IMG/VR virus record: IMGVR_UViG_3300006153_000012
Coordinates: 1-64,000 of that record
Direction: 5' to 3' (one strand)
DNA: 64,000 nt
DNA from: a virus
Lineage: Duplodnaviria > Caudoviricetes
This document shows, in pieces, positions 38,049 to 48,019 of this stretch. Under the pieces are notes generated by a model. It was not told the DNA's origin and did not search any database. It worked only from the letters and a program-made list of their open reading frames with translations. Positions within the stretch are counted from its first letter, which is position 1; every line of letters starts with the position of its first letter. Position numbers and translations under genes: made by a program.

Positions 38049-39284
38049 TTATAAAATTGTAACATATTTGCCGGATACATATCCAACAATATTATCTTTA
38101 GTCTTAATCTGATACCAGCCGTTTTCCTCTGATAACACATATACTTCATCATTCCTGTTTAAAACTTTTACGACATTGTTACCCTGTACCTGCGGAGTTT
38201 TCCGCATGTTTAAATTTGTGCAGTTAGTTATTTTTCCCATAATATTATGAATAGAATTGACTGGCGTTTTTATTTTAAGACTGTCAGGGACAGTAATGAC
38301 CCACATATATTTCACTTGCCTTGAAAAGAGTGTCCATGTATTCTTTGTCCTAGCTGCATTGACGGAAGCCGGGTCATTTATATATACATACCCATTTTCA
38401 TATTTATATAAAAGAATGAAATGTCCGGAACTTGTCCAGTTTCCTTTCCCCATGCAGGCAATGACCCAGTTCCCCTTTTTTAATGCATTCAGTGCTTCCG
38501 TGTGGGCCGCAGAGGAAGACTTGCCATATAGGTTTGTCTGGTTCAGCATCCTGCAGTCAATCCCATAGACAGAAAACTGGGGGACAAAATAGGAATAGTA
38601 AGTGCCCTGATTGAGTGCTTTGTATCCATGCCCCATAGACCATTCGGCAGTAGTGACAGGCGTTACGCTTTTATCTTTTAATGTAGCGATGACCATGGCA
38701 GAGGCAGTCACTCCGCACCCGGAACTTCCGATTGTTTTCTTTTCGCCTTTGGCAGAATAATTATGATTTTTCCATTTTGGGTCTGTCTGCAAATAGCTGA
38801 TTGGCTTAGTGATATTGACTTGGGGGGCGGGAGGCGCGGCAGGGGATACGGCTCTGTCAAATAATTCCTTTTCTGCTGCACGTCTTGTTACAAGCCCTTT
38901 TAAAACTTTGCCCCCAGCTTTATTGTATGCGGTAATTTTTGCGCTGATTTCTGAAATGGTACGGTTCCCGTTATTTAAAAGCAGATTCAAATTGCCAACG
39001 CCGCAGTTAAAGGTGAAGCTGACAAGGGCATCAAACTGGTTTTGATTCCAGTGATATTTATCATTATAACGATTTACTGCTTTTTCGGCAGATGCGCAAT
39101 CTGTTCGTAGCAAAGCGTCAGCCTGTGCCTGGGTAATTGTCTGACCTTGCCTTACATCGGAGCCATAATGGCCATAACCTATCGTCCAATATTTTTCTGT
39201 GCTGACGGCTTTATATGCATAAAGTTTACATCCCTCAAATTTTTTGATTAAGGAAAGCCCGTTTTCGCTGATTGATAAACTCAT
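38049..39284 (-). CDS. Endolysin: GH24 lysozyme + C39-like peptidase + SH3b
   Basis: LIKKFEG...WTIGYGH; GCGVT...SGHF...DP; LNMR...GWYQI..GYVS. Confidence 0.85.
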   Translation of the reverse strand: MSLSISENGLSLIKKFEGCKLYAYKAVSTEKYWTIGYGHYGSDVRQGQTITQAQADALLRTDCASAEKAVNRYNDKYHWNQNQFDALVSFTFNCGVGNLNLLLNNGNRTISEISAKITAYNKAGGKVLKGLVTRRAAEKELFDRAVSPAAPPAPQVNITKPISYLQTDPKWKNHNYSAKGEKKTIGSSGCGVTASAMVIATLKDKSVTPVTTAEWSMGHGYKALNQGTYYSYFVPQFSVYGIDCRMLNQTNLYGKSSSAAHTEALNALKKGNWVIACMGKGNWTSSGHFILLYKYENGYVYINDPASVNAARTKNTWTLFSRQVKYMWVITVPDSLKIKTPVNSIHNIMGKITNCTNLNMRKTPQVQGNNVVKVLNRNDEVYVLSEENGWYQIKTKDNIVGYVSGKYVTIL

Positions 39285-39297
39285 TTAACCACATCCT

Positions 39298-39702
39298 TTA
39301 CTGTTTCTTTGCCATATTTACGGAGGATTCAATTTTAAGTTTTAACCACTTATCGAAAGAACCATATAATCCTTCTATTACCTTCTTTGCCTCATCTGAA
39401 ATCATATTCATGGCTTCTGCATAAGCCCTGTTAAATGCTTCTTCCTGTGCTTCTTTATCAAATTTTCCACTTGACTTCAGTGAATCAACATATATCTGAT
39501 TTATGTATAAAACGGCATCCATTACATCGGACAGTGCTCCCTCAACAATTTTGCTCAGGTCTTCATTGTGGGTAGCATCCATGATGATATTGCTTTCGCT
39601 GATCTTGGTTTTTATAAGGTCAACGGCATATTTAGCAACCACCGGCAGAATAATTGTTAAAATAACATATAAAACATAATTGAGCATTTCTGAAAATTCC
39701 AT
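39298..39702 (-). CDS. Holin (LL-H-like)
   Basis: Single N-terminal TM helix, WLKLKIESSV C-terminus, upstream of the endolysin. Confidence 0.7.
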   Translation of the reverse strand: MEFSEMLNYVLYVILTIILPVVAKYAVDLIKTKISESNIIMDATHNEDLSKIVEGALSDVMDAVLYINQIYVDSLKSSGKFDKEAQEEAFNRAYAEAMNMISDEAKKVIEGLYGSFDKWLKLKIESSVNMAKKQ

Positions 39703-39710
39703 ATTTCCTC

Positions 39711-40109
39711 CTAACCAACAGTTTCGTCATTAAATTGTGACGAATCAATGTCATTGTAATCTGCATTATTTCCTTGGCTTACAAATCGGGTGTCACACAT
39801 CTTTATTCCTGCAAGCCCTAGTAATTCAGTCCCGAAAAAGGCATATACGCATGTGGTAAGCGTAGGACTTAATTCTATTAGCGTATATTTTTGCAATAAA
39901 ATAGCCGCAACTGTGTAGGATATAATTGCGACAATTGAAAGTAATACTATTAATTTGTTGAACTTCAATGTTATTCGAAATGGCAGAGACGTTTTAATAA
40001 TTTCATATTTTAGTCTTCGCTCATTTCGTTTCTGTTTAGCAATCTTATATTTGACTGCTAATTCTCGCATTTTTTGTTCATGCGTTTTTTGTTTTTGTTT
40101 TGATTTCAT
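39711..40109 (-). CDS. Membrane protein (lysis module)
   Basis: Two TM helices, YAFFGTELLGLAGIK. Confidence 0.6.
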   Translation of the reverse strand: MKSKQKQKTHEQKMRELAVKYKIAKQKRNERRLKYEIIKTSLPFRITLKFNKLIVLLSIVAIISYTVAAILLQKYTLIELSPTLTTCVYAFFGTELLGLAGIKMCDTRFVSQGNNADYNDIDSSQFNDETVG

Positions 40110-40378
40110 TCAGAATCACCACTTGAAATTGCTGTTCTATTTGATTGAGTATCATATCGTTTCCAACGTTCCCAACATTTTTTTGTACGTTCCTTGCCGT
40201 AATAAGCAATTAGTTTTCCATCATAAACAGATTTTCCGATCCAATCAGGCTGAATGCCACATATATCAGAATAGAAGAGTAATTGCTTAATATTTACTAG
40301 TTTTAAAACATCATTATTATAATGTTCATAAACTTCATCTAAGGAATCAAAAATTATTCCCTGTTTAATTTCTATCAC
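40106..40378 (-). CDS. Small hypothetical protein (DUF5659-like)
   Basis: Loose similarity to the ORFs at 44998 and 62762. Confidence 0.5.
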   Translation of the reverse strand: MIEIKQGIIFDSLDEVYEHYNNDVLKLVNIKQLLFYSDICGIQPDWIGKSVYDGKLIAYYGKERTKKCWERWKRYDTQSNRTAISSGDSE

Positions 40379-40464
40379 CTCAAATCGTAAAAAATAGGGT
40401 TATAACTATTGCAAAAATATTGTGTATTAGTTATAACCCTACAAAAATACAATACACAATATCC

Positions 40465-40782
40465 TTATTCGGTTTCATTATTTTTTGGTTCGTTTTTAAT
40501 AATTTCTTCCATAGCTTTTTTATTAGTTTTTCGCTTTGTCATGGTACTCTTTGCAGTAGAAGGTTTTGAATTAAACTCATTTGCTTCTATCGTTTTACTT
40601 TCTGCTATTTGTCGTTTTTGTGCTTCACGATATGCAATAGTATCATTAATATATTTTGCGGCACATTCCCTTGAACATGCAAAATTGCGCCACCTAAAAA
40701 TATCTGAGTGTGACTGGCAGTACGAGCAAGGTTCAAAAAGTTTTCCGCAAACACGGCAAGGAATCATTTTTTTATTTGCCAT
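40465..40782 (-). CDS. Zinc-binding hypothetical protein
   Basis: CRVCG, CSYC and CSREC motifs. Confidence 0.65.
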   Translation of the reverse strand: MANKKMIPCRVCGKLFEPCSYCQSHSDIFRWRNFACSRECAAKYINDTIAYREAQKRQIAESKTIEANEFNSKPSTAKSTMTKRKTNKKAMEEIIKNEPKNNETE

Positions 40783-40946
40783 TATGCACTCTCCTTGATT
40801 TTATTGTCAATTAACATTTTATATGATTCGTCATTTTCAGACCAATAAGGTATTTCTAAATATGAATATTCAGACTCTGGCACATAAGACCTTATTGAAA
40901 GAAGGCTGCATTGGTTATGAATGCAGTCTCCTTTATAGTTGCTTAA

Positions 40947-41732
40947 TTAATCAAATAAAATGAATGACCACAAATCGCTCTTTCCAGTACATAAGTTAGG
41001 CATAGAAGTAAATTCAAACGCCTGTGTAGCAGGATCGGAACCGCCTTGAATGTCAAACGTACCACTAAAATCTGCTCTATCAATAATGAATTGACCATGG
41101 AAGAGATTGTCACAACCATCCTGGCAGGTTACATCTATAAATATCTGAAGAGTCTTACTATAACGGTCAGAATCATTATCAATTTTCTTTCCTTCTACTT
41201 CTGCATCATAGAATGTAATTACTTCCGTTCCGTCTGCCACATCACCAGCGAAGAATGTAACTTCTTTGGTGGCTGGATCATAAGAAAATTCCCCGGTAGC
41301 AGGTGCAGCACTTGTCTGTGTTAGTTTTTTACCACCGGAAATGTATGCATTATTTGTATCCCTAACATAAATAGTGCCGATCTCATTGCCAACCGTGCCA
41401 GTAGCGGTTTCTGTAGTAATTCCCTTATTAGAAGATACTGTGATTGTATCCGTGTATCTGATAATATGTTTGCCATCTTCAATTTCTGCACCAAGCATTG
41501 CTGCTAATGCACCACCAGATAACATACCGTTAGTGCCTTTACCAGTAACCTTCTTGTTCTTTTTCAAAGAACTAATAACTCTGCCACCTTTACCAGTAAT
41601 ATCAGTTTTCTCTTCCTCATGTGATAAAGTAAAATCACTAAGTTCATCAAGAATCATTTCCAGACTACCATTAGTTCTATCAAAACCCGTAATCTGGTCA
41701 TAGGATGTAATTGTAAACTTATCAATATTCAT
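40947..41732 (-). CDS. Major tail (tube) protein
   Basis: 261 aa, beta-rich, TGKGGR...; typical position after connector genes. Confidence 0.7.
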   Translation of the reverse strand: MNIDKFTITSYDQITGFDRTNGSLEMILDELSDFTLSHEEEKTDITGKGGRVISSLKKNKKVTGKGTNGMLSGGALAAMLGAEIEDGKHIIRYTDTITVSSNKGITTETATGTVGNEIGTIYVRDTNNAYISGGKKLTQTSAAPATGEFSYDPATKEVTFFAGDVADGTEVITFYDAEVEGKKIDNDSDRYSKTLQIFIDVTCQDGCDNLFHGQFIIDRADFSGTFDIQGGSDPATQAFEFTSMPNLCTGKSDLWSFILFD

Positions 41733-41804
41733 TGATTATCCTCCTGTTTTGTTTTATTTGCAAAATAAAAAAGACCAATTACGGTCTTATTTTCAAAATT
41801 AAAT

Positions 41805-42527
41805 TTATTTATTTGGAATCCATGAGAGAATATCTTTATTGCCTAATTTGGAGGTATCTACAGTGCCGGCATATACACCAACCATTGCGTTATCAAATGC
41901 AATTTTATGTTGTATCTGCTTAAAACTTTGATTAAATCTATATATAGATAAATCCATACACGAGTCATAATCATATGGAAATTCACTTGTATTTACCAAA
42001 GCAATAACAAGTTTCTCTAAATATGGTTCCTGTTTCTTTTTAGTGTTTCTTTTTTGCTTTTTTCGTTCTTTTTCTAATAAATACTTCCGTGCCGATTCAT
42101 TGCCCGGCTTATATTTTACCTTTTCAAGTAGATTTATTTTTCTTATAGTGTCAACTAAATCGTTATATACTTTTTCATTGATTTTAATATTGTTATTTGT
42201 ACTATATATGTATGTATCATTATTCTTTTCCTTACAGACATCAAAATCAGACATATCTAAATCGCCAAATAATATTGAGATATCATATTTAGCATAAACA
42301 GGAAATAACATCTTAAATAATTCATAATCTGATATTGTTGTAAAATCAATTCCCATATTGTCAAGTTGCACCATATATTGGAAAGGGCTGGCGGTAAGAG
42401 AAGAAACAATGCCATAATATGCGAATTCATCTTCCAGTATTTCTCCGACAGTAGGAATCCGAACCGAAAGTTTAGTGTCAGGAACATTTACAGACGATAG
42501 GTTTAAAAGACTTTTTTTATTTTCCAT
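41805..42527 (-). CDS. Tail assembly / completion protein
   Basis: 240 aa, coupled, between neck genes and tail tube. Confidence 0.55.
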   Translation of the reverse strand: MENKKSLLNLSSVNVPDTKLSVRIPTVGEILEDEFAYYGIVSSLTASPFQYMVQLDNMGIDFTTISDYELFKMLFPVYAKYDISILFGDLDMSDFDVCKEKNNDTYIYSTNNNIKINEKVYNDLVDTIRKINLLEKVKYKPGNESARKYLLEKERKKQKRNTKKKQEPYLEKLVIALVNTSEFPYDYDSCMDLSIYRFNQSFKQIQHKIAFDNAMVGVYAGTVDTSKLGNKDILSWIPNK

Positions 42528-43008
42528 ACTTCAACCCATTATTAAAATCCTTTACTATGAATTTTAATAGCCTTCCCTTATATTTTTGCTGTGGGCAATA
42601 TGGATCGTTACTTATTAGAGTTGTTTCCCCTACCCCTAAAACATTTTTTTCGCAAAATATATTATCAAGTTCACATACGGCTTTGTCATACCAAAGATAT
42701 TTTCTGCCTTTTTCTTCATATTGAATAATATCCTCATGACACATAACAAAGAAATAAATTGTCAAATCTTTAAATACGTTATTCCTTGGGTCGATTTTGG
42801 CACTGATTTCATAATTTATAAATCGTTTTGTTTTGCTTTGGGTTTCGGGTATAAATTCATGTGGATATGAATACTTGTATGGAATTATGTCTTCAGGATA
42901 TTCTTCGTTTTCACAACCAAGTAATTTGATAATTTCTGTAGAAGTACATATTTGTCTCTCTATCAGTTTTCGATATTCAATAATTTCATAACTTCTTGAT
43001 TTACCGAT
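42517..43008 (-). CDS. Tail completion/terminator-like protein; probable ATC start
   Basis: Frame open from ATC at 43008 (GKSRSYEII...) after SD GGTGGTG, with in-frame TGA just upstream. Confidence 0.65.
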   Translation of the reverse strand: MGKSRSYEIIEYRKLIERQICTSTEIIKLLGCENEEYPEDIIPYKYSYPHEFIPETQSKTKRFINYEISAKIDPRNNVFKDLTIYFFVMCHEDIIQYEEKGRKYLWYDKAVCELDNIFCEKNVLGVGETTLISNDPYCPQQKYKGRLLKFIVKDFNNGLKYGK

Positions 43009-43024
43009 AAATATTCACCACCCA

Positions 43025-44053
43025 TCATTCAATAATATTTATTTTTATCTCAGACAATACAGTTTCACCAAGGACAATCTGTACAAAAAAAGAACCTCCA
43101 ATAAGATTCTCATCATTAATAGAAACCGTTATTTGGTTATCGCTAATAGACTGCTGAACATCGAAATCTGATTTAACATTCCACTGATAATTTACTTTCT
43201 GCCAGTCAACAGAATTTCCATCTTTATCTATAAAAGTTACAGTATATGAACGTTGATACCCATTCTTCAGATTTGTATTCCCAGAAATTAAACACCTTAA
43301 ATCTGTCGTTTCATCGGGTTCTGATGGAGTGGGTGGGAGAGGAGAGGACGGATCAATGTAATCACAGATTCGTAATTCTTGATTGTCTTTATTTGGATTG
43401 AATTCTGTTTTATCAGCAATCAGGCTCAAAGTTCCTCCGTGATTTCCATGTAAAAACAGAACATCATCATTCCTTGTAATTTTAAATACCTTCTTTGGTA
43501 TTTCAGATGTATCAACAAAAATCCTTTTTCCATCAATTGTTAAGCCATCAGCGTCATGTGGAATAAGAATTGTAAAGTTGTTAGAGGATAAGATTATTGT
43601 ACTATTTCCAGATTCCCCAATATCATATTTAGACGCAGAAGTGAAGTTAGCCCAACGTTCTATAATTGTGCCATCATCTTTTTGCCATTTTATTTTATAC
43701 TGACATTCTTTTAAAACTGCTTTTTCATATTCTCCGTTGTTTCCAGGTCTTCCATCAACAAGCCAATATTCATCTTCAAAAAATATATAATTCCCACTAT
43801 GTAAAGTACCAATAGGTACTAAAATACATCTTTCCATAGACCTTAAGGATGAATCTGCCACATTACCTTGTATAATTCCACGCAATTCTATTGATTTGCT
43901 TAAATCGTGATTGAACAACAAAACAGTAGAAGCAATATCTGTCTCTAAAGATTCTGCGAAAGCATCTTCTCTATAATCCAGAAAACTTTGATTTTCATAT
44001 CCGCCTAACATATTTGGTTTTGTTTTATTACCAATAAGATACCATTCTTTCAT
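43025..44053 (-). CDS. Head closure/neck protein with C-terminal Ig-like domain
   Basis: 342 aa, follows the head-tail connector. Confidence 0.55.
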   Translation of the reverse strand: MKEWYLIGNKTKPNMLGGYENQSFLDYREDAFAESLETDIASTVLLFNHDLSKSIELRGIIQGNVADSSLRSMERCILVPIGTLHSGNYIFFEDEYWLVDGRPGNNGEYEKAVLKECQYKIKWQKDDGTIIERWANFTSASKYDIGESGNSTIILSSNNFTILIPHDADGLTIDGKRIFVDTSEIPKKVFKITRNDDVLFLHGNHGGTLSLIADKTEFNPNKDNQELRICDYIDPSSPLPPTPSEPDETTDLRCLISGNTNLKNGYQRSYTVTFIDKDGNSVDWQKVNYQWNVKSDFDVQQSISDNQITVSINDENLIGGSFFVQIVLGETVLSEIKINIIE

Positions 44054-44064
44054 CTGATACCCCC

Positions 44065-44457
44065 CTATGTATAAGCGGTAGGCTTTTGATTTTCTACCAT
44101 TTCACTTGCGTTCCATGCAATATAATCAAGATGTGATTTCTCCGCTGTTTTAGTGCCATTACTACCGTCAATGCTTAAATCTTTACCTACAATTGAAACA
44201 CGCTTATTAACAAGTGATACTTGACGTTCCTGATACATCTGTAACATAAATTGTGCCAATGTATCAATTACATATTGGTCAAGTTTAGAATCGAATTGCA
44301 ATAATTCATCATCAAAATTTATTTTGTCTAATTCAACAGAATATCTACCAACAGCTTTCTTTAACCACATTATTTCAAGTGATTCTGGCAATACCTGTTT
44401 ATCGGCAAAACTTGACTCAAAGCTATCTATTATATCTTTTGCTTCTGTATTTGCCAT
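44065..44457 (-). CDS. Head-tail connector-like protein
   Basis: 130 aa, downstream of the capsid genes. Confidence 0.55.
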   Translation of the reverse strand: MANTEAKDIIDSFESSFADKQVLPESLEIMWLKKAVGRYSVELDKINFDDELLQFDSKLDQYVIDTLAQFMLQMYQERQVSLVNKRVSIVGKDLSIDGSNGTKTAEKSHLDYIAWNASEMVENQKPTAYT

Positions 44458-44475
44458 AATTCACCTCACAATTGA

Positions 44476-44961
44476 TTAAATATCTGCAATTCTGCGACCG
44501 CAATAATCTTCACAAAATGCGTTCTTAGTATAATCATTCAGTTTTAAGTTTTTGATTGTATGTAACAGGTAAAATTTTTCTGCCCTAGTTACAACACTCT
44601 TTTTGACATTATCCTCAAAAGATTTTTGTGTTTTTAAATCAAAAATTTTCTTGATAGCATCCTGAGTAAGAAAATCCTGTTTCTTATTATCAACATCAAA
44701 ACTTAATTCGCTTCTTGTATAATCATCTTCAATATACCATGTAGCATGGCTGCCAACACCGTCTACGCCAGTAATAAGGGTATTGCCATTTTGTCCCTGT
44801 GCAATAATTTCCTCACGAGAAAGTAAAACAGTTCCCAATGCAGGAATAGTAATATCTCCAACACTTGTTTTCCTTGCTGAACCAGTAGTCCAAGGAGCAA
44901 TACTTCTTACAGTTACCTTTTTATCTAATCTGATTTCTTCAGTATTCTTTTCTTCAGCCAT
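44476..44961 (-). CDS. Head-module hypothetical protein
   Basis: Start MAEEKN after GGAGG. Confidence 0.6.
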   Translation of the reverse strand: MAEEKNTEEIRLDKKVTVRSIAPWTTGSARKTSVGDITIPALGTVLLSREEIIAQGQNGNTLITGVDGVGSHATWYIEDDYTRSELSFDVDNKKQDFLTQDAIKKIFDLKTQKSFEDNVKKSVVTRAEKFYLLHTIKNLKLNDYTKNAFCEDYCGRRIADI

Positions 44962-44997
44962 TTTTATCCTCCATAACAACTAATTTGTTTTTCGCAA

Positions 44998-45186
44998 CTA
45001 TTTATTTTTAATTGAATTCCACAATTCTATGAGCATATCTAATCGTTCCGACTTTTGAAAAGTCCAATATCTTACATGTGTTCTCTGATTTGTGTCAGTA
45101 TCAACATATTCTTCTTTCATCGAACGTAGAAATAAACTCATTCTTTTAGAATAACAATAAAAAATATTATTCATTATAATCACCAT
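44998..45186 (-). CDS. DUF5659-like small protein
   Basis: FYCYSKR...W.F...L...W pattern shared with 62762-62944. Confidence 0.55.
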   Translation of the reverse strand: MVIIMNNIFYCYSKRMSLFLRSMKEEYVDTDTNQRTHVRYWTFQKSERLDMLIELWNSIKNK

Positions 45187-45241
45187 TCAACTAAGATAGG
45201 GGATAGAATACATCCTATCCCCACAATAAAAAGAATCCTAA

Positions 45242-46342
45242 TTACTCAGCAAGAGAATCAAGATTCTTATCATGTAGCATACCAATCATATACTCCCTGT
45301 TTGGAGCAACCAGTGCGCCAACTTCGAGATCATACCTTGTAAATAACTGACCAGTAGTAACATCATTTCCACTAAAGGAAGTAAGACCGCCACGAGTAAC
45401 TGTAAATACAGGAGATTGACCACCCGTAGGCATTACAAAACCAAGTCCAGCATGTAACATAGTATCAAAGTTTGTGCCATCCTTATCAAGAGAAGTCAAA
45501 TCATAAGGATTAGGAATCTCGGAAAGAGTAGCACCGTTGTAAACACCCATAAGCCCCGTATTATGAATTTCATCCATAATAGTTCTTGAAATACCGTTTA
45601 CTGTAGGTGTAACACCTGCATATCCAGCAAAACCATTAAACTGAGAAATCAACGCATAATCGCCAGACACAGTAGGCTTACCAAAACGCCTTACGTTTGT
45701 GATAACACCATCAACACCAGTCTTTGTAAGACCTGACCCCTCAAAGAAGTATTTTACGCCTTTTGCGTTCTTGATTGCATTATAAATAGTTTCAACAACG
45801 TATTTTGCTGCCTTATTTCTAATCTGCACACGAACCTGTTCTTGTAACTCATTCTCGTCACTCATATCGCCAAGAGCCGCTTTTCTATAATCTACGGCAT
45901 AACCGCCAGAAATAGTAGTGGTAGCAATAGGCATACGTTTCTTTCTGATAACAGGGAACTTCACGTCCTGACCAAGTGCCTGTTCATTTGCAGGAAGATT
46001 AGCAAACTCAGGAACTTCAACTTCGCAAGACTCATTATATCCGATTGGTTTATAGTTACCATAAATTCCAAGCAGCTTGATTTCCTTTAAAAGCACCGGC
46101 TGCATTGCAAAACGTCTGATTTCGTTCAACTCAGAAATAGCATTTAAATCACCAGAAGATGCTTTGGAGTTCAGTTCCTTGATATATTTAGCAGCGACGT
46201 CTGCCTTCTTACCATAAGGTGCCAAGTCCTTTCCTGCTGTCATAGAAGAGAAAATTTCTACAACAGCAGACTTGCCGTTTACTTTACCACTAGCAAAACT
46301 AGCGTCTTTTCTTTCATTATTCAATTCAATAACATAAGACAT
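45242..46342 (-). CDS. Major capsid protein
   Basis: 366 aa, after the scaffold and decoration genes, SD AGGAGG. Confidence 0.75.
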   Translation of the reverse strand: MSYVIELNNERKDASFASGKVNGKSAVVEIFSSMTAGKDLAPYGKKADVAAKYIKELNSKASSGDLNAISELNEIRRFAMQPVLLKEIKLLGIYGNYKPIGYNESCEVEVPEFANLPANEQALGQDVKFPVIRKKRMPIATTTISGGYAVDYRKAALGDMSDENELQEQVRVQIRNKAAKYVVETIYNAIKNAKGVKYFFEGSGLTKTGVDGVITNVRRFGKPTVSGDYALISQFNGFAGYAGVTPTVNGISRTIMDEIHNTGLMGVYNGATLSEIPNPYDLTSLDKDGTNFDTMLHAGLGFVMPTGGQSPVFTVTRGGLTSFSGNDVTTGQLFTRYDLEVGALVAPNREYMIGMLHDKNLDSLAE

Positions 46343-46362
46343 AAATTATGTACCTCCTTTTG

Positions 46363-46728
46363 TTATGCAGTTACCTTAACAACTGCGCCAAGTTTATTTC
46401 CAATGATTTCAGTAATTGTAAAGCAACCTACTGTATCCCCAACTTTAAAATCAGCAGACAGTGGATAGCCATATACTTCAAGTTCACCTACGACTTTTGC
46501 AGGGTCAAGAACACGCACATGAGTACCGGCAGGAATCTTGTATTCTGGCATTGCTTCGTCATCACCAGTTTCAAGCTGCATAATAACCTTTTTACCAGAG
46601 TCACTAGCAGTAAATTTACCATTTGCTACATCACCGAAAGCTCCGTTCATAACTTCCTTATCTACAACAGCATCCTCGAATGGATAAGCACCTCTTTCGA
46701 TTTGACCAATCGTATGAAATTTGACCAT
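46363..46728 (-). CDS. Head decoration protein
   Basis: 121 aa between protease/scaffold and capsid. Confidence 0.55.
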   Translation of the reverse strand: MVKFHTIGQIERGAYPFEDAVVDKEVMNGAFGDVANGKFTASDSGKKVIMQLETGDDEAMPEYKIPAGTHVRVLDPAKVVGELEVYGYPLSADFKVGDTVGCFTITEIIGNKLGAVVKVTA

Positions 46729-46750
46729 TTATTTTTCCTCCTAAATTTGA

Positions 46751-47944
46751 TTAAAAAATATTGACATCCTCTTCCTCATTGTCCTGTGTTTCAGAACACA
46801 TTTCAGAAAAAATGTCAATTACTTCATTGTCCTTATTTTCTTTTGCAGAATTCTGTTCTGCCACCTTTGCTTCAGCATCAGCTTTCTTAGAAGCCTGTCC
46901 AATGCCGGCATAAATCTTATTAACAATAGCATCAATATTTCCTTCTAGTGGCTTCTCATTAAAGGAATTAATTTCTGACTCGGCATATTTCTTTTCCTCA
47001 TCACTAAAACCTTCAATAGCAGTATTAAGTTCTCCAATTCTTGCCTTAGCCTTTAATGCACCAAGTTCCTTTTCTAATGCTTCTCGTTCGCTCCAATAAG
47101 TTTCATGTTCTTTTTTGAGATCATCAAGAGCTTTCTGTACCTGCTCAATAGTTGCGTTCAATTCAACAATCTTTTCTTCCTTTTCAGCAATAACAGAATC
47201 CTTCTCACTGATTGTAGAATTTAACTCCGTAATTTTTGCAAGCAGTTCTTCGTTTTTACTATTTATTTCAGAAATAGTAGATTGGATTAATTCTTTCAAT
47301 TCTTTTTCATCCAAAGTTTTGTCCTCCTTATTTTCTTGTTTTTGTGCGACTTCAAGTACAATGGCGTTATCATCTGCGGGAGAAACTGATAAAATAGAAG
47401 TGCCAGAGAAAACAAATTCTTTTGGTGTACGGAATTCGTCTTTTGGTTCTGCTTCTTCATATACAATTTTGTTATCGTTAGTTTCCAATCCCATGATTTC
47501 TATTGAACTATCCACGTTTCCTAATGCTTTATTTTGTCTTACCCATTTAACAAAATTAGGATATCGTTGATTATATAAAAATCCGTTTGCAACTAAAGCT
47601 CTAATATCATTTCCATTCACATTGACATCTTCAATGCTGGCACCCTCAAAGCATCCAACAGTTTCAGAATTTTCAAATAAAGGTTCACGAACTCCATCAT
47701 TATCAATTTCTTCACCTGTTAAACCGTGATCAAGAGGAGTTGACTTCGTTTCGTCACAAAAAGAAGCACAGATAGGCATGAGTTTTACACTATCCATTGC
47801 ATTAAGCACATATTCTTCCTTCCAATGAAGACCGTTCTTATTTGTTTCTTTATCATCTTCGTGAATTTTTAATAGGGCAATCTTTATAGGAACACGTCCG
47901 CCTTTAGAAGTCTGTTTAGAAATTTCGAGGATTTTTCCTAACAT
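46751..47944 (-). CDS. Prohead protease / scaffold
   Basis: N-terminal domain with DHG and SSIE...FSG, long acidic coiled-coil C-terminus. Confidence 0.7.
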   Translation of the reverse strand: MLGKILEISKQTSKGGRVPIKIALLKIHEDDKETNKNGLHWKEEYVLNAMDSVKLMPICASFCDETKSTPLDHGLTGEEIDNDGVREPLFENSETVGCFEGASIEDVNVNGNDIRALVANGFLYNQRYPNFVKWVRQNKALGNVDSSIEIMGLETNDNKIVYEEAEPKDEFRTPKEFVFSGTSILSVSPADDNAIVLEVAQKQENKEDKTLDEKELKELIQSTISEINSKNEELLAKITELNSTISEKDSVIAEKEEKIVELNATIEQVQKALDDLKKEHETYWSEREALEKELGALKAKARIGELNTAIEGFSDEEKKYAESEINSFNEKPLEGNIDAIVNKIYAGIGQASKKADAEAKVAEQNSAKENKDNEVIDIFSEMCSETQDNEEEDVNIF

Positions 47945-48019
47945 AAACCATCCTCCTTAAAAATTTGTATAATAAAAGAAGCTTATAAAATGTAAGCCTC
48001 TGATTATTATTGTATTGTT

